A stretch of 44,690 nucleotides of DNA from an archaeon (GTDB lineage: Archaea; AGJL01; Methanococci; Methanococcales; Methanocaldococcaceae). The notes under the pieces are model-generated. The model was given only the letters and a program-made list of their open reading frames with translations. It had not been told where the DNA came from and ran no database searches. The stretch is taken from contig JAJRSC010000026.1 in assembly GCA_024278985.1 (NCBI GenBank), positions 1 through 44,690 of the forward strand, given 5' to 3'. The position numbers and the translations under genes were made by a program. Positions 1 through 12,786 of this stretch are shown in pieces. Within the stretch, counting starts at the first letter, position 1, and each line of letters begins with the position of its first letter.

Positions 1-423
1 ATAGCTGGGGCTTTACTCCATGATATTATGAAACCATATAATTATGTAAAAACAGAGGAAGGTTTTGACCATTATGATTTATTCAACTTAGACCATCTAA
101 CTCTTGCAGTTGCTGAACTATATAAAAGGAATTTTCCTTTAGATGTTATAAAAATAGTTGCTTCTCATCATGGAGAACATTCTCCAACAAGACCAAGCTC
201 CTTAGAGGCATTAATAGTTCATTATGCTGATGAAGCTGATTCTAAAATAAATGATGTAGCAATTAGGGTATGTTCTGCAAGAAGTAGAGATTTAGGAATA
301 GATGAACAAGAAATTTATAAAAATATAACACCTCTTAAAGTGTTTGAAATTAGAAGTAGAGAAGGAAAAGAGAAAACTTTAGAATTCTTAAGGGAGATAT
401 TAAGATTAATAGAAGAAGATTAA
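1..423 (+). CDS. HD-domain phosphodiesterase, 5' partial; probably dihydroneopterin 2',3'-cyclic phosphate phosphodiesterase (MptB-like)
   Basis: Frame 1 is open from base 1 (IAGALLHDIMKP), with the HD motif, later DH, SHHG and HYAD metal ligands. The ORF-track start at 28 is internal. MptB identity is from recalled similarity. Confidence 0.7.
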   Translation: MAGALLHDIMKPYNYVKTEEGFDHYDLFNLDHLTLAVAELYKRNFPLDVIKIVASHHGEHSPTRPSSLEALIVHYADEADSKINDVAIRVCSARSRDLGIDEQEIYKNITPLKVFEIRSREGKEKTLEFLREILRLIEED

Positions 424-427
424 AAAA

Positions 428-504
428 TGGAGCCTCGGGCGGGGTTTGAACCCGCGACCTCCTGCTTACCAAGCAGGCGCTCTACCAGGCTGAGCCACCG
501 AGGC
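428..504 (-). tRNA. tRNA-Thr (GGT), CCA encoded, no intron
   Basis: Reverse complement GCCTCGGTGGCTCAGCCTGGTAGAGCGCCTGCTTGGTAAGCAGGAGGTCGCGGGTTCAAACCCCGCCCGAGGCTCCA folds as a cloverleaf with anticodon loop TT-GGT-AA and a GTTCAAA T-loop. Confidence 0.97.
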
Positions 505-532
505 ACGCGTTAATATAATATTTTAGCAGATA

Positions 533-548
533 TATATAAAATTTTCGG
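533..548 (-). promoter_or_regulatory. BRE + TATA box of the tRNA-Thr gene
   Basis: Minus strand reads CCGAAAAT-TTTATATA about 30 nt upstream of the mature tRNA 5' end, matching the archaeal BRE/TATA consensus. Confidence 0.7.
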
Positions 549-601
549 TTTGTGTTTTATAATGTATTAAAATAATAAAATATTAAAATATAGTTAAAAA
601 A

Positions 602-1183
602 TTATTTTTTGATTAATTTAATAACTTCAGCAACTTTTTTACCTAAGTTTCTTGCTGTTTCTATTCCTATACTATCATTTTTACAATCTTCAGCCTTTCT
701 ACCAACTCCTGTACCCCCATAATGAGCTGTTGGTTCGCTATCACCAACGACAATCATAGAGTGGATTAAATAAAAATTATGTATTTGTTGAATAGTTGTT
801 TCTTGTCCTCCGTTTCTACTACCTCCTACTGCTATAGCCCCTCCAACTTTATTTTTTAATTGAAAACCAACTCTTAAAGGTCTTGACCTATCCATAATCA
901 TTTTTAATTGAGCAGTAACTCCACCAAAATAGACTGGAGAACCCATAATTATTCCATCTGCTTCTTTCATTTTTATTAAAATTTCTTCAACATCATCAAC
1001 AATTTCACATTTTCCACTTTCTTTACATAAGTCACAAGCTATACAAGGGTTAAGTTCTTTGTCATATAATGGAATATATTCTACATCAATACCTTCCTTT
1101 TTAATAACATTTAAAGCTTCTTTTATTAAAAATGCTGTATTTCCCTCAGGTCTTGGACTTCCACAAATCCCTACTACTTTCAT
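602..1183 (-). CDS. Iron-sulfur flavoprotein (Isf, flavodoxin-fold)
   Basis: GSPR..GNT FMN loop, compact CX2CX2CX5C motif (CIACDLCKESGKC), GSPVYFG and RNGGQE. ATG at 1183. Confidence 0.9.
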   Translation of the reverse strand: MKVVGICGSPRPEGNTAFLIKEALNVIKKEGIDVEYIPLYDKELNPCIACDLCKESGKCEIVDDVEEILIKMKEADGIIMGSPVYFGGVTAQLKMIMDRSRPLRVGFQLKNKVGGAIAVGGSRNGGQETTIQQIHNFYLIHSMIVVGDSEPTAHYGGTGVGRKAEDCKNDSIGIETARNLGKKVAEVIKLIKK

Positions 1184-1371
1184 AGTTATCAACCAAAATT
1201 TTTAATGTTTTTATAATTAGTTTATTATAATGTTTATTTATATACCTATCTTTTAAATTTGGTGTAAGTTTAAAAATATAAATTAAAGATAAGACTTAAA
1301 TATTATGATTATTATATTTTACATTACATTAATACATTAATGTTTATTTTATTACTTGGTAGGGATTTATT

Positions 1372-2472
1372 ATGTTGTTAGGAATTGTAGGGGCTGGTTT
1401 ATCAGGATCAGTTTTATATTCACTGCTAAAAAAGACGGGATTTTCTGTAGATATATATGACCATACTTTAGTTAGAGGGTGTAAAAGTTCAATTTTCTTT
1501 TTTAATAACTCATTAGAATATAAAAATTTAGTTACTGTCTTAAAAATGTGTGGGGTTAATTTTAAAGATTACATTATTAGAGATATAAAAAATATAATAG
1601 TAAATGGAGATGAATACAAGCTAAAAACAATGATAATATTATGTGTAGATAAATCAAAATTAATTGAAGACTTAGTACCAAGAACTGTAGTTATTGATAG
1701 GGAAATATCATCTGCAACAGATAGATATATAACAAAAGTAACAGAAACAGGGCATTTAGTTAAACATTCTGAAACAGTTGCTGAGCTTATGAATTATAAG
1801 GTGTTAATTGACTGTTCTGGTTCTGCAAAAATATTAATTCCAGGAAGTAAAAAATATGACTATGATATTAGAACTTGTCAATTTTTAGTAAAATTTGAGA
1901 AAGATATAGATTTAGATAACTCAATAATAATTAATCCATTAAAAATTAGAAAAGGTCATACAATTATAGAACATTTTAGATTATATCCTTTAGCAGATAA
2001 TAATGGCTCTACTATATATCATGCCTGTATAATGGGATATAAAACAGATTTAGAATTATGGAGATCTCTTGAAAAAATTTTAAGAAATAAATTTGGAAAC
2101 TTTGAAAGATTATGTGGATGTAATTTTAAAATTTCTGGAAGTATCCCAATGGAATCTTTTATATGTGGAAGTTATGAAAAAAGATATCTTTTTGGATGTG
2201 GGGAAAGTATTGGATTAACTGACTGTTTTGGAAATGGAAATGTTTATTCAATTTTGTCAGCATATTATTTATTTCAGGCTATAAGGAAATATGATATTAA
2301 TGAAGCAATTAACATTTATAGATCAACTATATTAAAAAAATTCAAATATTTAAATTATGAAAAAGAAAGTATTAAAAAAGGAAATATGTTAAGTATAGCA
2401 AGTATTTTAAAATCTAAATTAGGAATCACTTTCCCAAATGCTATGAAAATAATATTAAGTTCCTTAATTTAA
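1372..2472 (+). CDS. FAD-dependent oxidoreductase, divergent geranylgeranyl-reductase-like
   Basis: N-terminal GAGLSG Rossmann motif, DCSG, and GCGESIG at the position of the GGR GDAAG motif. Confidence 0.65.
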   Translation: MLLGIVGAGLSGSVLYSLLKKTGFSVDIYDHTLVRGCKSSIFFFNNSLEYKNLVTVLKMCGVNFKDYIIRDIKNIIVNGDEYKLKTMIILCVDKSKLIEDLVPRTVVIDREISSATDRYITKVTETGHLVKHSETVAELMNYKVLIDCSGSAKILIPGSKKYDYDIRTCQFLVKFEKDIDLDNSIIINPLKIRKGHTIIEHFRLYPLADNNGSTIYHACIMGYKTDLELWRSLEKILRNKFGNFERLCGCNFKISGSIPMESFICGSYEKRYLFGCGESIGLTDCFGNGNVYSILSAYYLFQAIRKYDINEAINIYRSTILKKFKYLNYEKESIKKGNMLSIASILKSKLGITFPNAMKIILSSLI

Positions 2473-2949
<477 letters not shown>

Positions 2950-2953
2950 TCTT

Positions 2954-4992
<2,039 letters not shown>

Positions 4993-5106
4993 ATCTTATA
5001 ATTTTTATATATGAATTTACTATTTTTAAAAATATTATATTGAGTGAAAGATAATTATTAAGTAAGGTTTTACAATTAAATAAATTTAAATTAATTAGTG
5101 ATAAAT

Positions 5107-8100
5107 ATGCATGTTGCATGCTCTGAGGAGATGAAAAAATATTTTGAGAATTTAGTTAAAGAAGTAAAAAGAATTTACAAAATTGCAGAAGAATGTAGAA
5201 AAAAAGGATTAGATGTTTCTGATAATGTTGAGATTCCATTAGCTTTGGATATGGCTGATAGAGTTGAGGGTATTGTTGGGCCAAAAGGAGTTGCCAAAAG
5301 AATAAGGGAATTAGTTGAAGAGTATGGAAAAGAAGAGGCAGCTTTAAAAATAGCTGAGGAAATAGTTCAGGGAAAATTTGGAGATATGCCAAGAGAAAAA
5401 AGAGCTGAACAAGCTGTTAGAACAGCTTTAGCAGTATTAACAGAGGGAATTGTTGCTGCTCCATTAGAAGGAATTGCTGATGTTAAAATTAAAAAAAATC
5501 CTGATGGTAGTGAGCATCTTTCTATATACTATGCTGGACCTATAAGAAGTGCTGGAGGTACTGCTCAGGCATTATCTGTTTTAGTTGGAGATTTTGTTAG
5601 GAAGGCAATGGGATTAGATAGATATAAACCTACTGAGGATGAAATAGAGAGATATGTTGAGGAAGTTGAGTTGTATCAATCTGAGGTTGGAAGTTTTCAA
5701 TATTCCCCTACAGCAGATGAAATTAGAAAAGCAGTAAAAAATATTCCTATAGAGATTACTGGGGAAGCTACTGATGATGTTGAAGTTTCAGGACATAGAG
5801 ATTTACCAAGAGTTGAAACTAATCAAATAAGAGGAGGGGCATTACTGGTTATTGTAGAGGGAGTTCTTCTTAAAGCTCCTAAGATATTAAAGAGAGTTGA
5901 AAAATTAAAATTAGATGGTTGGGATTGGCTTAAAGATTTTGTAAATAAAGGAAGTGAAAAAGAAGAAGAGGAAGAAGACACTGAAGAAACAGAAGAAATA
6001 AATAAATACTGGAGAGATTTTAAGATTGAAGAAAATAAAAAATTTATTAAGGAAGTTATAGCAGGAAGGCCTGTTTTTGCTCATCCTTCAAAAATTGGAG
6101 GATTTAGATTAAGATATGGAAGAAGTAGAAATACAGGTTTTGCTACTCAGGGAATACATCCTGCATTAATGTATTTAGTAGATGAATTTATAGCAATTGG
6201 TACTCAACTAAAAACTGAAAGGCCTGGGAAGGGAACAGTTGCTGCTCCAGTTGATTCCATAGAGGGGCCAATAGTCAGATTAAAAAATGGAGATGTAATT
6301 AGAGTTGATACTGTTGAAAAAGCATTAGAAATTAAAGATAGAGTAGATAAGATATTATTTTTAGGAGATATATTAGTAAATTATGGAGATTTTTTAGAAA
6401 ATAATCATCCATTAATTCCAAGTTGCTGGTGTGAAGAGTGGTATGAGGAAGAACTAAAAAGTAAAAATATAGAATATAGCAAAGATTTTATAAAAAATCC
6501 TAAACCTGATGAAGCTGTTGAGTTTGCTATAAGAACAAAAACTCCTTTACATCCAAGATATACATATAGATGGCATGATGTTAGTAAAGAAGATATTTTA
6601 ATTTTAAGAGAACACTTATTAAATGGATATGAAAAAGATAACTTATGGATTATAGATTATGATAAAAAAGTAAAAAATATATTGGAATATATAGGTTGTT
6701 GTCACATAGTTAGAGACAATAAAATAATTTTAGATGAATATTATCCACTATTATACTCTCTTGGCTATGATGTTAAAAATAAGGAGGATTTAGTTAAAAA
6801 TATTAAAGAATGTTATGAAACTGCAAAGAATTCCATGCATTTTATTAATCTCTTAGCACCTTTTGAAGTTAGAAGGAACACATATGTATATGTTGGAGCA
6901 AGAATGGGAAGACCTGAAAAAGCAGCTCCAAGAAAAATGAAACCCCCAGTTAATGGTTTATTTCCAATAGGAAATGCTGGGGGAAATGTTAGATTAATAA
7001 ATAAGGCTGTTGATGAAAATAAAGTAGATACTATTGAAGTTAGTTATGGTATTTGTAAATGTGGTAAAATTTCATTATATAGAACTTGCCCATTTTGTGG
7101 AGAAAAAGTAGAACTTAATAAATTTGGAAAAATAAAAGCTCCTCTTAAAGAGTATTGGTTTAAAGCCCTTGAAAGATTAAAAATTAAAGGTGGGGATGTA
7201 AAGTGTATTAAGGGAATGACATCAAAATATAAAATTGTTGAACCTTTAGAAAAAGCAATATTAAGAGCAAAACATGATGTTTATGTCTTTAAAGATGGTA
7301 CTGCAAGATTTGACTGTACTGATATGCCTTTAACTCATTTTAAGCCAAAGGAAATTAATGTAAGTGTTGAAAAACTTAGAGAATTAGGTTATACAAAGGA
7401 TATATATGGTAATGAATTAGTTGATGAAAATCAGATTGTTGAACTAAAACCTCAGGATATTATTCTTCCAGAAGCAGGTGCTGAATACTTTATTAGAGTT
7501 GCCAATTTTATAGATGATTTATTAGAAAGATTCTATAAGGTAGATAGATTTTACAATGTTAAGAAAAAAGAGGATTTAATTGGGCACATAGTTATAGGTA
7601 TGGCTCCACACACTTCTGCAGGAATGGTTGGGAGAATAATAGGATATGTTAAGGCAAATGTTGGATATGCACATCCATATTTCCATGCTGCAAAGAGAAG
7701 AAACTGTTTTCCAGGAGAGACAAAGATATTAGTTAATATAAATGGAAAAAAAGAAAAAATAACATTTAAAGAATTGTATGAGTTATTTGAAAATGAAAAA
7801 TATGAAAAATTTGCATATATTAAAAATAAGCCTAAAGTTGATATTAAAATATACTCCTTCAATCCAGAAAATAAAAAGGTAGTTTTAACTGATATAGAAG
7901 AAGTTATAAAAGTAAGAGCTCCAAATCATTTAATAAAAATAGTTCTTGAGGATGGTAGAAGTTTTACAACAACACCAGACCATCCAGTTATAATATACAA
8001 TAAAAAACTAATTAAAAAAATGGCTATGGAAGTTAGTGATGAGGATTATATTATAGTTTTAGATAATGATAAATTTAATATTTTAAGAGTAAGAGAAATT

Positions 8101-8946
8101 AAATATATTAAATCTAAAGATAGATATGTGTATTCAGTAAATGCAAAAAAGTATCATAATGTAATAATTAATGATAATATATTAGTACATAATTGTGATG
8201 GAGATGAAGATGCAATATTTTTACTTTTAGATGCATTTTTAAACTTTTCAAAACTCTTTTTACCTGATAAAAGAGGAGGACAAATGGATGCTCCTCTTGT
8301 TTTAACTACCATATTAGACCCAAAAGAGGTAGATGGAGAAGTTCATAATATGGATGTTATGTGGAGGTATCCATTAGAATTTTATGAAAAAACCTTAGAT
8401 ATGGTTTCTCCTAAAGAAGTTAAGGAATTTATGGAAACTGTTGAGGATAGATTAAGCAAAGAAGAGCAGTATGAAAATCTTGGTTATACTCATGAAACTA
8501 CATCTATAGATTTAGGCCCTAAATTATGTTCATATAAAACATTGGGAACTATGTTAGAAAAAACAGAGGCACAACTTAAAGTTGCCAAAAAAATAAGGGC
8601 AACTGATGAGAAAGATGTAGCTGAAAAAGTTATACAATCTCACTTTATACCTGATTTAATTGGAAATTTAAGAGCTTTCTCAAGGCAGGGAGTTAGATGT
8701 AAGTGTGGAGCTAAATTTAGAAGAGTTCCATTAAAAGGAAAATGTCCAAAATGTGGGTCATCATTAATATTAACTGTATCTAAGGGAGCAGTTGAAAAAT
8801 ATATGGACGTAGCTGAAAAAATGGCAGAGCAGTATAAAGTAAATAACTATATAAAACAGAGGTTAAAGTTAATAAAAGAAGGAATTAACTCAATATTTGA
8901 AAATGAGAAAAATAAACAAACTAAAATAAGCGATTTCTTTGGATAA
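5107..8946 (+). CDS. polC: DNA polymerase D large subunit (DP2), intein-containing precursor
   Basis: [34 protein letters not shown], catalytic CDGDED, DAPLVLT, C-terminal Zn finger and PIP-box QTKISDFF. Alternative GTG start at 5098. Confidence 0.97.
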   Translation: MHVACSEEMKKYFENLVKEVKRIYKIAEECRKKGLDVSDNVEIPLALDMADRVEGIVGPKGVAKRIRELVEEYGKEEAALKIAEEIVQGKFGDMPREKRAEQAVRTALAVLTEGIVAAPLEGIADVKIKKNPDGSEHLSIYYAGPIRSAGGTAQALSVLVGDFVRKAMGLDRYKPTEDEIERYVEEVELYQSEVGSFQYSPTADEIRKAVKNIPIEITGEATDDVEVSGHRDLPRVETNQIRGGALLVIVEGVLLKAPKILKRVEKLKLDGWDWLKDFVNKGSEKEEEEEDTEETEEINKYWRDFKIEENKKFIKEVIAGRPVFAHPSKIGGFRLRYGRSRNTGFATQGIHPALMYLVDEFIAIGTQLKTERPGKGTVAAPVDSIEGPIVRLKNGDVIRVDTVEKALEIKDRVDKILFLGDILVNYGDFLENNHPLIPSCWCEEWYEEELKSKNIEYSKDFIKNPKPDEAVEFAIRTKTPLHPRYTYRWHDVSKEDILILREHLLNGYEKDNLWIIDYDKKVKNILEYIGCCHIVRDNKIILDEYYPLLYSLGYDVKNKEDLVKNIKECYETAKNSMHFINLLAPFEVRRNTYVYVGARMGRPEKAAPRKMKPPVNGLFPIGNAGGNVRLINKAVDENKVDTIEVSYGICKCGKISLYRTCPFCGEKVELNKFGKIKAPLKEYWFKALERLKIKGGDVKCIKGMTSKYKIVEPLEKAILRAKHDVYVFKDGTARFDCTDMPLTHFKPKEINVSVEKLRELGYTKDIYGNELVDENQIVELKPQDIILPEAGAEYFIRVANFIDDLLERFYKVDRFYNVKKKEDLIGHIVIGMAPHTSAGMVGRIIGYVKANVGYAHPYFHAAKRRNCFPGETKILVNINGKKEKITFKELYELFENEKYEKFAYIKNKPKVDIKIYSFNPENKKVVLTDIEEVIKVRAPNHLIKIVLEDGRSFTTTPDHPVIIYNKKLIKKMAMEVSDEDYIIVLDNDKFNILRVREIKYIKSKDRYVYSVNAKKYHNVIINDNILVHNCDGDEDAIFLLLDAFLNFSKLFLPDKRGGQMDAPLVLTTILDPKEVDGEVHNMDVMWRYPLEFYEKTLDMVSPKEVKEFMETVEDRLSKEEQYENLGYTHETTSIDLGPKLCSYKTLGTMLEKTEAQLKVAKKIRATDEKDVAEKVIQSHFIPDLIGNLRAFSRQGVRCKCGAKFRRVPLKGKCPKCGSSLILTVSKGAVEKYMDVAEKMAEQYKVNNYIKQRLKLIKEGINSIFENEKNKQTKISDFFG
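7705..8193 (+). mobile_element. Mini-intein (163 aa, no homing endonuclease) in DP2
   Basis: In-frame insert between AKRRN and CDGDED. Block A CFPGET, block B TTTPDH (TxxH), terminal ILVHN followed by Cys+1. Too short for a LAGLIDADG domain. Confidence 0.93.
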
Positions 8947-9293
8947 TATTTTAATCTTATTATTTAAAATATTAAAGTACTAAACTTAAATACATATTAT
9001 TAGAAGAGGGTAATATTGAATTTGTTAAATTAATGGGGATATTATTTAATTTTATTGTAATGTTTAAGCTACAAAAATGGAACATCGTTTTATGATGTTG
9101 TTAAAAAGTGTAGTAAAGAAATGTTTATCATAATTACCACTGTTAGTATATTTAAGTTTTTAGTTCAATATTATTCTACATTGTCAGAATTCACACTATC
9201 AGTAAATTTATAATTTATTTTAAATATTTAAAATATTAAATTTAAATGATTAATTATAAATATTATTACTAAATTTATTATAGGTTGATAAAT

Positions 9294-10604
9294 ATGAAAA
9301 AGATATTAATTGTATTAGGGTTAATATTGATAAGTCCAATAGCATTTGGAGAACTTATGGGAGATGTTAATGGAGATGGCTCAATTAATATTGCAGATGT
9401 AGTTTATCTTTTCATACATAGAGATGTTGGATTAGACAAAGGAGATTTAAATTGTGATAATTCCGTTGATATTGCAGATGTTGTATATTTATTCAATAAC
9501 TATCAAAAATGGAGAGAACCCGTAGTGTTTGCTAAAGATTTTGAGATTCAATATTATGATAAAAATGGTATTCCTATATCTTATTTAGATGCATTAAAAA
9601 ATGGTTGGGAATACAAAATATTAACAACAAAATATGGAGATGACGTTTATAATAAGTACTGTATTGTAAAAGAAGGTGAAAATCCTCCAAGTAACTTACC
9701 TTCAGATGTAAAAGTTATATACACTCCTAAAGTTGCTGCATTAAATTCCTTCCATGTAGCAATGCTAGTAGCATTAAATGATAGTAATGTACTAAACTCA
9801 ATAAAAGGAGTGTCTACTAGTACATATGAAAGAATAAAAGATGGTATATTTCCAGAATTAAAACCCTATGTTGATAATGGAAATATTATTTCAATTGGTT
9901 CTTGGAGTACAATAAATAAAGAGGCTTTATTAAATATAAGTCCTGATATAGTGTTTATTCCATGGTCACATGGTTACTTAGTTACAGATATTGAAACTGT
10001 AAAAGATTTAGGCTTAAATTATCTTGTAACTGTTGAGTCAAATGAACCAGATTTCCTTGGAAAAGCAGAGTGGGAAAAAGTATTTGCTTCATTATATAAC
10101 TTAGATAGCAAGGGAAATGACTATTTACAAAAAGTTTGGATGAAAAGAAATGAACTTATAAGAAAAACAAGAACCGCTACAGATAGACCAAAAGTAGGAA
10201 TGCTTTATTGGAGTAAAGATTTAGGTCCTTGGATATACTGTGCTCAAAACTATTATGTAAAATGGATTTTAGATGTAAAAGGAGATTATTGCTTCCTTGA
10301 CTTCCCTGGAACAAGTTATGAGAATATTGATCCAGAAACTGCTTTAGAACATTTGCAAAATTGTGATGTTTTAATATATATGAATTGGAATTCTATATAT
10401 GAGCCAATATATACACTTGAAGATTTAGAAAAATATAAACCAGAGTTAATTCCAGTAATAGAACATGCAAAAAGAGTTTATGTAACTAAACCAAACTACT
10501 CATATGATGGAAATGTCCATATGGACTTATTAATGGAGGACTTTGCAAGAATGGTCCATCCAGAATGCTTTGATGGAGGAGATAGTGAATTACATTATTT
10601 ATAG
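9294..10604 (+). CDS. ABC transporter substrate-binding protein (iron-chelate/cobalamin class) with N-terminal dockerin module
   Basis: Signal peptide MKKILIVLGLILISPIAFG, two Ca-loop repeats (GDVNGDGSINIADVVYLF, GDLNCDNSVDIADVVYLF), then a type III SBP body (EALLNISPDIVF, EPDFLGKAEW, DFARMVHPE). Followed by two FecCD permeases. Confidence 0.85.
   Translation: MKKILIVLGLILISPIAFGELMGDVNGDGSINIADVVYLFIHRDVGLDKGDLNCDNSVDIADVVYLFNNYQKWREPVVFAKDFEIQYYDKNGIPISYLDALKNGWEYKILTTKYGDDVYNKYCIVKEGENPPSNLPSDVKVIYTPKVAALNSFHVAMLVALNDSNVLNSIKGVSTSTYERIKDGIFPELKPYVDNGNIISIGSWSTINKEALLNISPDIVFIPWSHGYLVTDIETVKDLGLNYLVTVESNEPDFLGKAEWEKVFASLYNLDSKGNDYLQKVWMKRNELIRKTRTATDRPKVGMLYWSKDLGPWIYCAQNYYVKWILDVKGDYCFLDFPGTSYENIDPETALEHLQNCDVLIYMNWNSIYEPIYTLEDLEKYKPELIPVIEHAKRVYVTKPNYSYDGNVHMDLLMEDFARMVHPECFDGGDSELHYL
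9360..9494 (+). other. Dockerin (type I-like) duplicated F-hand module
   Basis: Two repeats matching GDxNxDxxxxxxD followed by an identical helix IADVVYLF, with a short linker IHRDVGLDK. Confidence 0.82.
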
Positions 10605-10619
10605 TGAATTACATTATTT
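10582..10619 (+). repeat. Perfect 19-bp tandem duplication at the SBP 3' end
   Basis: ATAGTGAATTACATTATTT occurs at 10582-10600 and 10601-10619. Confidence 0.95.
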
Positions 10620-10659
10620 CATAAAATTAAAGTAATTTAAGTAAAATAACTTTAATATA

Positions 10660-10678
10660 TTTTTAATTTTTTATTTTT
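10660..10678 (+). terminator. Possible oligo-T terminator between SBP and permeases
   Basis: Successive T runs downstream of the SBP stop. Archaeal intrinsic terminators are U-rich, but the AT background is high. Confidence 0.3.
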
Positions 10679-10722
10679 ACAAAAATTAAATTTAGGAATT
10701 ATATTATGAATTGGTGATATTA

Positions 10723-11766
10723 TTGAAATTCAAAATATTCATAATTTCTATAATTCTTTTTTTTATTTTAGTCTTATTTTCAATTTTAAGTATAACAACC
10801 GGAACTATTAAAATTGACACAGAAAAAATTTTTAATTATTTTTTATCAGGAACTACTGGAAATTCTTTATATGATAATATAATTGGAAAATGTAGGATTC
10901 CAAGAACTGTTGGGGCAATATTTGCAGGAATGGGTTTAGCAGTTGCAGGATTATTAATGCAAAGTTTTTTTAGAAATCCATTAGCAGATCCATATTTAAT
11001 AGGTGTTTCAAGTGGAGCATCTCTTGGTGTGGCCTTGTATGTATTTACATCTTTATTATTTAAGTTTGGATTTCCAAAATCTATATGGGGATTTATATTA
11101 TCTGCCTATATTGGGGCATTATTTACAATGTTAATTGTTATTTCTCTTGCAAAAAAAGTTAAACAAATTACTACCTTGTTAATAGTTGGAATAATGATTT
11201 CATATATTTCTTCAGGATTAATAACCATTGTTATATCCTTTAGTGATTTTATAGGTGTTGATAACAATGTTTTAGCAAGCTTTATAATGTGGGGCTTTGG
11301 AACTTTAAATAATATAACTCTAAAACAATCAACAATTATGGGAGTTATTGTTTTATTATGTTGTTTTATTACTTTTTTCCTCTCAAAATATCTTGATACA
11401 TATTTACTTGGAGAAAATTATGCAAGAAGTTTAGGAGTTAATATAAAAAATTTAAGAGTGACAATTATCTTATTGTCTTGTATGATCACTGCAACTATTG
11501 TTGCATTTACAGGACCTATTGGTTTTGTAGGATTAGTATGCCCTATAGTAACAAGATTATTATGCGGAACTTCTAAACATCTTTATGTAATTCCTAATGC
11601 TATGCTAATTGGGAGTATATTTTTAGTTATGGCTGATATTCTTGTAAGACCTGGAGTTATTATTCCTTCAACTAATCCAGAATTACCTTTAATGTGCCCT
11701 TTAGCAGTTATAGGTGCACCAATTGCCATATATATTTACTTAAAAAAGAGAGATATTGGGATATAA
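10723..11766 (+). CDS. FecCD/BtuC-family ABC permease
   Basis: [32 protein letters not shown] and GPIGFVGL, with many TM helices. GGTGA SD then TTG at 10723 (alternative 10711). Confidence 0.92.
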   Translation: MKFKIFIISIILFFILVLFSILSITTGTIKIDTEKIFNYFLSGTTGNSLYDNIIGKCRIPRTVGAIFAGMGLAVAGLLMQSFFRNPLADPYLIGVSSGASLGVALYVFTSLLFKFGFPKSIWGFILSAYIGALFTMLIVISLAKKVKQITTLLIVGIMISYISSGLITIVISFSDFIGVDNNVLASFIMWGFGTLNNITLKQSTIMGVIVLLCCFITFFLSKYLDTYLLGENYARSLGVNIKNLRVTIILLSCMITATIVAFTGPIGFVGLVCPIVTRLLCGTSKHLYVIPNAMLIGSIFLVMADILVRPGVIIPSTNPELPLMCPLAVIGAPIAIYIYLKKRDIGI

Positions 11767-12786
11767 ATGAAGAAAATGATTATAATTATATTTTTAATGT
11801 TGTTAGTATTTATATTATCTATTCTCAGTATATTTTTAAGTGGTACTGCAAAATCTATAACTGTTGAAGATGTTAAAAACTTTATATTGTATGGTACAAC
11901 AGGAGATAAATTTAAAGATACTATTTTATGGGATGTTAGAATACCTCCCTTAATAACAGCAATAATTGTTGGTGGAGTGTTATCTGTTGCAGGTTTAATA
12001 TTACAAACATTATTTAGAAATATATTAGCATCTCCATATACAACAGGAATATCAAGTGGAGCTATACTTGGAGTAGCTATATCTATATTTTTAGGATTAT
12101 CATTACCTTCCTTTTTTGATATTAATAAAGATATTATTGGAGGATGGATAGGTTCAGGATTAGCATTAATTGTTTTGTTATATCTTGCTATAAAATTAAA
12201 AGATACTACTGGAGTTTTAGTTTGTACATTGTTATTTTCTTATTTATACTATGGAGTTGAGAGTTATCTTATAAGTTTTGCAGATAATACACAAATTCAA
12301 GAATTTTGGATGTTTTTGCAGAGTAGTTTTTTTGCTCCAAAATGGAAAGATTTAAAGATAATGGCAATATCATCAATAATCTTTCTACTTTCTACATATC
12401 TACTATCAAAACAATTAAATGCATTACTATTTGTAGAAAATTATGCAAAAAGTTTTGGAATTAATATAAAACACCTTATAGTAATTATTTTATTTCTTTC
12501 AGGTTTTATTGTTGGAGTTATTATTCCTCTTGTTGGAATAATCCCATTCATTGGATTGGCATCTCCATATATTGCAAGAATAATAATGAATACTTCAGAC
12601 CATAGATGGACAATTCCAGCATCAATTCTAATAGGAATACTTATTTCACTAATATGTTATTTAATATCCATAAAACTATTTGCTCCAAAAGTTATTCCTG
12701 TAAAATCAATTTTAGATTTATTTGGAGGAATGTTGGTTATTTATTTAATTTACAGAGCAGAAAAAAGAAATATTATAAATTTATAG
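11767..12786 (+). CDS. FecCD/BtuC-family ABC permease (second subunit)
   Basis: RIPP, LFRNILASPYTTGISSGA, ENYAKSFG and GIIPFIGL. Starts directly after the previous stop. Confidence 0.9.
   Translation: MKKMIIIIFLMLLVFILSILSIFLSGTAKSITVEDVKNFILYGTTGDKFKDTILWDVRIPPLITAIIVGGVLSVAGLILQTLFRNILASPYTTGISSGAILGVAISIFLGLSLPSFFDINKDIIGGWIGSGLALIVLLYLAIKLKDTTGVLVCTLLFSYLYYGVESYLISFADNTQIQEFWMFLQSSFFAPKWKDLKIMAISSIIFLLSTYLLSKQLNALLFVENYAKSFGINIKHLIVIILFLSGFIVGVIIPLVGIIPFIGLASPYIARIIMNTSDHRWTIPASILIGILISLICYLISIKLFAPKVIPVKSILDLFGGMLVIYLIYRAEKRNIINL

Noticed and set aside
5950-6000. GAA-rich tract in polC (and a similar one near 28710-28780)
   Set aside because: Simply encodes acidic or charged linkers; not a repeat element.
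5156-7862. Antisense ORFs 5156-5392 and 7551-7862
   Set aside because: Shadows of polC with no motifs. The second is not a homing endonuclease.
9294-9500. Cellulosome or polysaccharide degradation implied by the dockerin
   Set aside because: No glycoside hydrolase, CBM or scaffoldin is present, and the dockerin is fused to a transport binding protein.
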